DNA of 64,000 nucleotides from Trichoplax sp. H2 (Eukaryota). The stretch's first letter is position 1, and every line of letters begins with the position of its first letter. The notes beneath the pieces were generated by a model, which ran no database searches, was not told the DNA's origin, and saw only the letters and a list, made by a program, of their open reading frames with translations. The stretch is from assembly GCA_003344405.1 (NCBI GenBank), contig NOWV01000022.1, forward strand, positions 558,001 to 622,000, read 5' to 3'. Shown here piece by piece: positions 27,725 to 39,000 of the stretch. The translations under genes and the position numbers were made by a program.

Positions 27725-28990
27725 GTACAGTATAATTGATAAAGGCGAAGAGCGACTTCACTTCTCATTTAAGCTGCTACCGCAATCATCAATATATCGT
27801 AGCTAAGGTGAACGCATTCGTATATAGATTAAATATACGGTATATATATATAATGGAGCAAGAGCTCGAAATAATTAGGCGGGTGGTGAATATCACCACT
27901 ATATATACAGTATAGGCGTAAATAAAATGCTATAATTGTTATATGCTGACATATTCAATTAAATAGCAGTATATAATTGATAAGGATTCCGAGCTACTTT
28001 TTGATGACTTAGAATCGAATAATGATTGGATGTATACAGGATACTTCTAGGTGTAAATTAAATGCTACAATTGTTATATGTTAACATATTCAGCGAATAG
28101 CAGTTTAGAACTGGCAAGAATGCTGAGCTACGTTTTGATTACTTGTAATTTAACTTAAGCTGTTACCGCAATTTTAACTATATCATTGCCAATATAATGA
28201 TTCGTATATTTATATATGTAACAAGAGTCCCTAATACTTAGACAAAGAAAGAATAAATATTTTGATAGTATAGGCAGCGTAGTGTAACTAAAATCCCGTA
28301 ATCGTCATATACTATACTTATGTCTTTAATTAATATATGTATGAAACTACTATATTAGTATAATTGGTAAAAATACTGACTTACTTTTTGATGACTTAGC
28401 AATTAAAGCTATCAGCTACTACCGCTGTTTTAACTATGTCATTCATAAACTACCAATAGCTTGGATAATAAATTGATGAACTTTTCCAAGCTCTATCTTG
28501 AATTCTAGTCATGGCCAATGTAATTATTTATATATTTATAACTGTAGCAAGAGTTTGTAATAGTTAGATAAAGAATGAATATTTTGACAATATAGTTAGC
28601 GTAGTGGAACTGAAATCCCATAATTGTCATTCATATACTGTACTTAGATAGTTAATTAATATTAGCATGAAATTTCTTTTATTGTAATGATTAAAATTTT
28701 GTTCGTACATCAATATTATCATGTATACAGTGCAGTGCTCTATGGTTATTGGATAGCGATTTCACATATTTCATTAATATAGAGCATGAGATAAATATCG
28801 TTTCTTTTATTATAATGATTCAAAATTTTTATTCGCTAATCGGTATTGTTAGGTTCGCTGTTTCTTGGTGGTGATTTCATATATTCAATTAATATAAACC
28901 ATGAAATAAATATCATTTCTTTTTTTCTACTGTATCAAAGATTCTACTCATAGATCAATTTTATAGGGTTTGCAGCATTGCTATTGATGA
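27725..28990 (+). repeat. Mosaic of decayed tandem/direct repeats between TMCO6 and CRD paralog 2
   Basis: Blocks aagctg.taccgcaat, aaatgcta.aattgttatatg.t.acatattca, caagagt...taata.ttaga.aaagaa...agcgtagtg.aact.aaatccc.taat.gtcat and attaatat...catga.ataaatatc.tttctttt each recur 2-3 times. Confidence 0.7.
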
Positions 28991-29744
28991 TTTACAAGCA
29001 TTTCATAGTAATTCTAAAAAAATCTTCATGCAATTGTTTTACTGAATGCCGTAATATTTCTTTTATCAAATATTACCAATAATTCAACTACAACTCAGTC
29101 TTTTTTAAAGATGCAAGCACGTAGACGACTGTAGATTACGAGAGTAATAGTCTGTCTACGAACTGTCTCAATTCGATAATATAATATACCAAAATTGATT
29201 CGATTAGTAATATAATTATTATCAACCTAGCTATGATCTTAATTATAACAGCGCTTCAATCGTAATGGAAGCCTTTGGTATTATTCTTAGCACTATTTTT
29301 CCTAAAATGATTGATTTAGACATATTGTTATAGTCGTAATAGATAACAGCAGGAAATAAAACTTATAGTTATCCCTGAAATTTTTAGTAAATTTTATTTT
29401 GTACCTCATCGAACTCATTGATTTTGCAATCATTAATAATTGCTACTATTTCTTTACATAATGCTTTAACACGGTACCTGTGTCGCCATGGAAAAGAGTC
29501 CTGTTTTGTTTGTATAATAAAATCTTGGGTGACATTCAATTGATAGTTTATCGAAGGTCATAGATCTAATTTATTCATTTTTATTGTCTATCCGGTCATA
29601 CTAAATAACCCTTTGTAATTTTTCTCAATATGATCTTCACAGGAGTAAGACTTAATTATTCAATTTGCTATTCATATATTTGTTCATCATTTCCGACTAC
29701 ACTTATTCTATCCATTTCGCTAAAAAGCGACACCAGCCAAAAAT

Positions 29745-32700
29745 ATGAATTTTAAAATATCACTCCTCTTCGGTTGCATCATCTTGAATACGTTGCATAT
29801 TAGTGACTGCCATGGCTATAACCAAGCTGATACAAAGGTAATTCTTGATGGGAAATATAAAAACTATCTTTCATTTAAATGCTATAAGATTAGACGGTAG
29901 TAATTATCAAAATTTGTTTTACACCGTCTAACATAACCGGATGATTATACAGTATTGAAATTTAAATCAAGTTTGCATCTTTTGCTGTCATAAAGTCATT
30001 TCTTTCTAATTTGCGCGTATAGAAATACGTCGTCAATTTTAGAGGATATCTATGAGACTATTAGGCAATCGAGATGATTTAATTTTCCATTTAATATCTT
30101 TACTTTATCGTTTCTTCTAAAATGTCTAATAAATGCTCGGGTTAATTTCATTGTATATTTCAATCCGCTCACAATGAAGATGGTAAATTTCAAATAACAA
30201 CCGTCATGTGCTTGGTTAAAATAATCAGCACATTAGCAAAAGTATGCTTTGAAATAAATCACTTATTTCCTAAGATAATCCTGTTTGAATCAACGTCAAA
30301 AATGAAAAAATTTACATAATTGATATATTCCGACTTGGATAAGTTGTTCATCCTTACAGTCTCATTCAGTGTGTCTACCACGTTGCAAAAACCTTCATAA
30401 TTAATGACTTTTCCAAAATGTACTGCAGGCCTATAGAAAGAAACTAATTTGAGCTCGTCATGAATAGTGCATTAAAATGCAATTGTATTGTACTCCATCA
30501 TAATAGCAAATGACAACCTCGCTAGGTGTTACTGTCTTGATAAAGGTAATTTATTAATTTTAAGAAAATGCTTAATCCTATTCTGACATCTTCCTATCTT
30601 ATGTTAGCAGATTCTTTTTTATTTCCATCATCTATGTATTTTCATTTCTAAACATATTAGAGATGTCTTAAAATTTGTGTAATATCGTAAAATTTGTTTC
30701 AATTCCACCGTCCTAGAGTTTTGTAGTTGATTTATATCTTATATTTAGCTGTTGCCATGAATAGAGAAGTCCTTGACTAAGGAAATCTATTGTGTGCTTC
30801 TATTTCTAATTTCCATTATCAAATTTTTTATATGGTTACCCTAAGAAATACATGAATGTTACCAAAGTGTATTCTTGTGATAAAAATATGCCGGAGATAT
30901 TTCTTGACCTTCTATCTCGAACTACTTATCAAGATCACTTCTCTATGACAACTATGAACTTCTTCCTAAAGCTTTGCTACAGAAACTCTATAGACCGTCT
31001 CCTTACCCATAAATGATAAAATAAGCTCTCTTTATCGTAAAAAGTAATTCGCTTTTATACCTTCTGTCTATATTCACGAGCGCCTTCAGTTTATAAAAAT
31101 AGAAATAGTAACCAATGATATTGCTATCGTTTATTCTTATATATCTAAATTTGTATAACTTTGTGCTCTACTTTAAATATACTCTAAGAGCACACATAGA
31201 ATACGAGATCAGTCATGATCAGAACAAAATCTGACCTTTGAGCCTCTATAAATTAGGAATCGAACTAATTCACTTGCTATTATAGGAAAATGAATTAGTT
31301 TTTACAATTCTATAACTCTAATAACAAGCTGTCTGCTCTACAATAATTAATACCATAAATTGACACTTCACGGCGATCTTTAACACCGTGACACTGAAAT
31401 CTTAATATCCTTTTCAGCCTAGGCCTATTTACTTACTGGTATATTTTTAGCATATTTCTTACCATCACACGTGTACAGTTGATCACATAAAACGAGAAGT
31501 TATAGTCACAAATTTAAATTCGTAAAAGTTAATGATATGCAAATGAGATTTGACGTTAAATAATATTATGAATTTAATAGCTTTCTGGCTTTACTCTTCC
31601 GTAGCCACCCCCTAATTATAATGAGCAAAAACTAGAATTCAATAAATTCCGAAATAGCCTGGAGTTTTTCCACATTAAGAAATGATAATTTATCGATCAA
31701 ACATTAAACTCCTGTACACACGTAGAAGTAAGAAGAACTATACATTATAGCAACATCTACCATAATATCCCAGCGAGGGGTGGTAACAATTGCATCCCAA
31801 GCTGTTATAGGGTAGACAATGAAGTGGAACGACTTCTACTAATTTATTTTAAAATTTGTTTTCAAGGAATATAGCCGTATAATCTAGTAGTTTAGCTTGT
31901 AAAATAGACCTATTATAATTATCTGAATAAATGTATGTATACTGTTATTACAAATCAAAAATTTTATAACGACGACGAAATATAAAACTAAAACAGATAA
32001 TAAATACTAGTCTACTGCAAGATTATCCACTCCGACATTGACCTGTAGTACAATTCTAAACACTGACGATAGTAACACCGCTAGTGTCTCTCAGACAAAA
32101 CTGAACCTAGACTTTGTTAAATAATCTGCTAATTTATAGTACAATGGCATAACATCAGTACTTAGATAATGTTATAAAATGTTGCAAATATCTATTAAAA
32201 ATAAGTAAGAGGTCATAGATTAATTAATACCAACACACTCCTAGATAAAGTCATCCTATGAAAACTAAGTTACGACCACTATACTAAAGTTACTTCGTAG
32301 CAACTGTACATATTAATATTAATTTATTTGTCTTTTCTATCCCCTTCGATGAATATTTGCCTAATATGAAACGAGCAATAAAGTTCGAAATATGTATACT
32401 TTATCATTCTGATTTTTGATAGAGATGGCAATATTAGAAAGCTTCAATTAACTTTTGCTACGATTAGCCTTGCAACCTTCAAATTATAGCTCTGGCCAAA
32501 GTTTAAAAATATAAATTCATCGAGAAGAATTTGACAGCTACGCGCTACTGTCTATATATTATATTTTGCTGCATAGATAGAGTCCTTACTTTAGTAAGTT
32601 ACCAAAATTGTACCTTAGAATAATATCACATGACAAGCTTTGAATTCACTTACCCATAATTAAATTTATATACATTTAAGGATGTAAATGATGAACTTAT

Positions 32701-34913
32701 GTCGCTATCCATTTTCTATTCGCAAATTTAGACTATTATATTTATAAAATAACCTCATATACGTATTGCATAATTTAACGCCCATTTGATTCATTTACTT
32801 ACGAACCATTAACTTGTGCTAATTTAAATTTTTGAAATAATGCATGCCTCTACACTACGACGATATTAACTGTGGTTTCGATAGAGTATTCCTACTAAAT
32901 ACGTTAATCTATACTGTTTCATTAAGACTAATATTCGGTAAATCGTATAACTATCTTGAAAATGAATTGGATTGGATATTAATTATTAATCTATTACTCA
33001 AGAACAAGTCCACTAGTCTCCTGTATTACAATGGCGAAGATAAGAAGTCAATTATATAGAGCCCATTATATCGTATCGCCTTGTAAAGATGATAGAGACT
33101 AGACTAAACATTTGTTCTACCGTGTGAATGTAATATTATGAAGATCAAATTGTCTAGACGATGTTAAGAGCAGAGATCATACTATATAGTGAAACAGCAG
33201 CCTAAGTTTAAAAACTTAATGGCCACGATATTTGATCAATAATTTGATAATGATGGATATTAACTGTCGAGGTTAACTTTTGCAACGAAATGCTGTCATC
33301 ATTTAAATTGTCTATTTAATCTATATCGTATCCTATGGAAATAAGATGTTTAAAAACTATTTTTAATAGGCTGTCAACGTTCTACTTTTAAAAGTATTGA
33401 AATTTTTAAAATGCAATGCAGTTCCTTATCATAATAATTTCGTAACGTCTAAAATTTTATGGCGATTCAATGTTATAAAGGAATAACTAATTTACATATT
33501 TATTAGCTTGATAGGGTCAAGCGTGCAAACATGCAAGTTCATGTCTTTAGTAATATCGATTCTTGCTCCACCTTGGACATCAGAACCAGCCAATTCTGTG
33601 GTTCTACCTTTCAAACACCAACTGTAGCGAGTAAATTTCAAACTTTGCAATTTCATACTCATGCAAATGCCTTTGATCATCTGCCATCGTTATCAAACAG
33701 CTGCAAAAATGCTATTAAAAAGGTTTTATGTAGATTTAGCTTCCCTCAATGTGTTCCAACTAACAAAACTGTTATTTGGTATAATACTGCTAGTGTATGC
33801 AGCCAAATGAATTCGATTTGTGGTAAAGCTGCACTTAATTTTACTTATATGTGTGCAAGATCACCTAAAATTGAAAGTTTGACCACTTGTGTATCACCAC
33901 CCAGAATGAATATGACAGCTGGTAGACCTACTGGTGGGCCTACTAGTGGACAACCAAGGTGTCCAACACTACCACCTAATATTAAATTTCCCAAATGGAT
34001 TTTAAGTGTTCTATCTAATCGACGTTTGCGCAGTGCAATGTCCATTAAAGCAAGTATAGGTGGATTTAATAATATATCAAATCAATGCATCCAGCGAAGT
34101 GTTGATGCAGTTTGTAGATCTGTTCCATATTGTTCACCTGATGGTACGAAATTGCTTCTAAGCATGAATGAAAAAACTTGCGAATCAAGAACTAATTGGT
34201 AAATATAGCATATAAAGTGCATATTATATGAGTAGTTTATGTCATGTTTTTCTTTTTTTTATGTAATTTGCAATGACTTATTGCTCTAGTAAACAACATA
34301 ATTCTTAACGCATTCATAAAGATAGAAGTAACAATTTGCATACTCAAACTATACGTATACTTTAATATTTTAGGCCATTTTAGATGTAAAGAAGCAGTAA
34401 AATAATAAAAGTAGTCATTTTTAGCCGAATAATTATTAGATTAATTATAATTTTATTCCCTCTCTTATAAGTTAATAATCATTAGTAACGATTTATAGTG
34501 CTAGGCAAGCAATATATTTTAGATACAATTTTAGATACAATCACGAAAAAAGCTATAACAAGTTGCATAGGATTAGCTTAGATTAAAAAAGCCGTAGACC
34601 TATCATAGCTTGTCTAATTTCAATTTCTTGCTCATTTTTGACGTAAAAAATAGCAAACAATGATATCAGCCAATTGATACAAATAGTAATCAGATTAATA
34701 GTAATTTTATTCGCCTCTAGCTTACCTACCAAAGGTAAAGAAATGTTAAACTACATCATGGGATGTTCCGGCTTTCCTGCAGAAAATAGCCAACAAATAT
34801 CCATTCAAAATACTCAAGGCTACAGTGGCTCTGACGTCAACTCTGCTCAAAGGATAATATTGACTCTTAATTGTTTGCTATACATGATTATCGTAGTGTT
34901 TATGTTGGTTTAA
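29745..34913 (+). CDS. Secreted, probably GPI-anchored double Frizzled-type CRD protein, paralog 2 (3 exons, 325 aa)
   Basis: Exons 29745-29837 (MNFKISLLFGCIILNTLHISDCHG-YNQADTK), 33507-34198 and 34721-34913. Intron phases (0, 2) and Cys pattern match paralog 1 (CKNAIKKVLCRFSFPQC, CPTLPPNIKFPKW, CIQRSVDAVCRSVPYCSPDG, CSGFP). It has an NSA candidate omega site and a hydrophobic C-terminus. Confidence 0.85.
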
Positions 34914-35200
34914 ATTTACAGTATTATCTAAATAAATAGGAGGTATATGTAATAATAATAGCAGCAATTATGACTGTACACTCACAATATCCTTCACCAT
35001 ACTTACTAAAATGATGTAATACATGTCGTGCAAAGTAACCAGATATTGATGTATTCAATCTAGCTATGGTTTTACCTGTTATCTAGTACGATATCAAGGT
35101 AACAAAAAGTTAAGTAGTACTAATCAATGCGCCGTTTACTCCTCATAATTTTTAATTTTATATAGTACAAAATTTAGTTGGCTTTAATTTACGCAAATTT

Positions 35201-35238
35201 AATAATACCGTACGCACGGTATTACGTACGGTATTATT
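35201..35238 (+). other. Perfect 14 bp inverted repeat just upstream of AATAAA, 3' of CRD paralog 2
   Basis: aataataccgtacg (35201-35214), 10-nt loop, cgtacggtattatt (35225-35238). AATAAA lies at 35242. Confidence 0.6.
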
Positions 35239-36063
35239 CTAAATAAAAAATGTTCGACTTTAACCTCCTTTTCCTACCAAAGATCTTGTTATACTGTGCA
35301 TTATCGCACTAAAGAGAATGTAAATTACGTTTGTAAAGGATCTATATTATCCATGAATTGCTAAGTATTTTAGACTGCGTACTTGTCTTTCTCAAAAATT
35401 AAATTACACAATTATATCAATTTCATAGGCGCGATTAGAATCATACAATCGTGTTCTCACACTTAAATTTGAGGGAAATATTAATACTCTAATTTTAACA
35501 ATTAGAGATAAAGCAAAGAATTTGAATATACTTTATACCGACACTTAAAATTTAACTAATGCGTAGAATATGTCGATGCAAATGTTTACATATGCGTATA
35601 TTGTACCAGTGTGTTATCATAGGATAGTAAGTCTGCATAGACTACGATATATATGTTATGTTATATATATTCGTACATCAGTATACAGTAATTACTTTAT
35701 ATCATGCATTCGATTTTCTACCGTCATGTACCAGTTTTATAGTAAATTCTCATAGCAATCGTTGTGAACGAGCATATCACGTATCCTTATTTACATGCGC
35801 ATAGAATAAATCCGTTAGTGAATTCAGTATTACGGTAACATCCAATTCCTTAAACAATATAACTACAAATGGAGTTTATAAACTAATATCAAAATCGCTT
35901 TATTCTCCGCAGCACAAAGACATAGTGATAGATTGAACTATCCATTACTGTATTAACATTTACAGTATCGCTAAGGAATTGATGCCATTGATTAGTATAA
36001 TCTTTACAACCCTTTTACAAGTCTAAGAATTCAAAAATTAACAATTAAAACATCAATTTGCCA

Positions 36064-39000
36064 TCAGCCGCTAATCAGCAGATCGGGAAAGTTCTCATCC
36101 ATTCGGCTTTGGCTAGCAACATTTTGTAAAACTTTCTTATAGCTATCTGTTAATGCTGCACTTGTTGCAGTGTCGAGGGTTGCAAGACATTTCTATTCGA
36201 CATCGAAATATATCTCAATCAGTTAATTGCAAATTTACCAAGTAAACACGATGTACTGTACACTGGTACGTAAACGCATACATGTATATTAGTACATACG
36301 CGTACTTGTACCAGCATGATCCAGCTGTGTATCATTCTTACCTGATAAAGCTCATTTCCATTTCTTAAATCTAAAAGGACGGCCAAACACCTTTCCGAAG
36401 CTAATTTTATAGGCGTATTCTTTTCTTTTGCATTATTCAACAAAAGCGGAATCAATTTCGCTCGTGATGATACATTTAGGGTATCTGAATTACCACTAAA
36501 TAATACATGCAAAGTATGCGTAGTGACTAATTTAACATCGTTCGATTTACTTCGTAATGCCTAAAATAATATAAAAAGGAATGTTAAATTTAAAGAGTAT
36601 TTAGATCAACATTCATATACTGTACAAGTGTACATACAAAGCGAGTTTAAAAAGTTTGACATTTTTACATACTTCGATTAACGCTGATATTAGAGGGAGT
36701 GGAGGATTTTCCGATGTATACAGTCGTAGCATACATCCTATTGACTGCACGCCAGCACAGCAGATAGGAATCTGACAATACCAAGAAACTATTAACAACG
36801 ACTCTAACTATATATCACTATTTCATGGGCAATTACCCTATCTGCACATGCTTGAGCCGTGATGGTCTTGATAATTTCATTCTTCATATCTACTTTAACA
36901 AGCTGATTCATAGCCTTATGTAGACTGCAAGTCAGTGCCATAGCCAATCCATGCCTGTTAACCCATTCCTGATTTTCTCCATCAGCTATACCAATAGCAA
37001 TTATTTCAGCGTTAGCTAAAGTTATTGGAAGCTCTAAGATTAGAGGCCATCATTGGCCTACTATTATTATCAAAACAAATAAGTTTTTACCAACAAATTC
37101 TGTAACGATATCCTTTAGCTCATTTTCGGGAATAACGTTACAAAACGAGCTAATACATTTTGCAGCCTCTTCTCGAAGTTCTTCCTGTTATAATAGGATA
37201 TCGATCAAGAACAAATTGCATAGTTAACTTGAAAGCTAACGTAAATTTCGGTGTACTGTAATAATACCTCGCTAGAAGCAAGCAGTAGGAGTAACGTTGC
37301 AATAATAGGTTTACGAGTGTCTTCTTTAATTTTTCCTCCAACAACATCGGTAACGCCCGATAAAGCACCCAACATCGACACCCTACATTATATTTAAATC
37401 AGATGTTATTTACTTTTGCTTAAATGAATACAGTTTCGTAAATCCTAAGTAACCTAATAGCAATATCTTCAACACTTTTAATCCCCTTATGAAGCTCGGT
37501 AAACAATAAGTCCGCACGAGAATGATATTTAATCGCAAGTTTCAGAGCTTTGCTTGCTTCGTCTCTTACTGCACGATTGGCGTCATTAAGCGCTTTTCTA
37601 AACGTCGTTTGTAATTGTGGTACGAATTGTTTAAGGTTGGCGCCGACCTTTTATAATATAAGCAATAACAGGCAATTATAAAAAGTAATAATATAAATAG
37701 CGACAATATTATCTATTTACGAAAGAAAAAATTTTGTCTTGCCTTTTCCAGTAAGATAACAATCGTATGAAGTATAGCAACACGAACATTACCATTAAAT
37801 GTATCTCCTAAAATTCTAATCAGAGGGCCAGTCATATTGACAACATTTGGCTTTAAAGCCGCTACACTTGTTAACTCAATCAACTCTCCTAAACCAGTCG
37901 CGGCTTCTTCTTTAATCTCGGAACTTCTACCCAAGATACCTTCACGGTAAAACGCAAATAAAGGCACTATTCCCTTAATTAAGAAAAAAATTCCTAAGCT
38001 AGGTTGTATCATTTAACCCTTTAAGATATTGCAGATAAAAACCTTTTTAGGTAAGCATAACCCGGGAAGTTCACCATCCTTTACGTCGTCTCTTACAAAT
38101 CGTACTGCTTGCCTGAGATGCTCAACTTGTTGGATCATTTCAACCCCTGATAATCTCTACAAACAGAAGAAAAATTGCAGCTTGATTATTGCGATTATGA
38201 TGATTGCTAAATGTTGTCTGCAATTTGGATAAAAACCTTTGAAATAACATTTAGAATATTCCAAGCAAGGCACAAAACATCATTATCGGAATCGTTAAGC
38301 ATTCGAATGAGAGTGCGTAAAATTAAATCCATCTGAGAAACATAATCGGCAGTGGATTCGCTAAAGAATGGATGCAATAAGCCTAAGGCAGTCTGGGAAT
38401 ATAAATGATAATGTAATAGTTATAATAAGACTTCGCGAAAATGCTGTATAAATAACAATTATCATGCTTCATTATACCCTTCGCATGTCAACATCTGATG
38501 ACTTTGCTAACTCAAAGAGTTCTTCCAATACAACTCTAACAGTCGTTTCATCACTTATTGAGACAACTAACGTCATACAAGCTTCATAGCTCTATCAAAC
38601 GCAAGTACAATTTAAGCTTAATAGCAAATTTTATCACGATTAGATCTAAACTATCTATGAGTATACTACAAACTGAACCTCTTTTTCCTTTTCATTATCT
38701 CTTGTATACCCTTTGATAACACTCAGCAAGGCAGGTATTACTTGATTCGCATATAACGATAACTCTTCACCGGCAACTGAAGCAACGTAGGCAAGAGCTC
38801 TTACTTGGATTGGTTCTCTAGCAAGCTATTATGCAAGTGAACAAAAATCAGCATATTTCTTATGCTTTAGAAATCTTGTATACCATATAGATAACATTCT
38901 AACAATATTTTACTTTCACTATGATTACCTTTGGCACTAAGAACGGCAATGTAGTACTACTTTTAACCAATACTACTTGTTTTAACCCATCAAGTGCATT

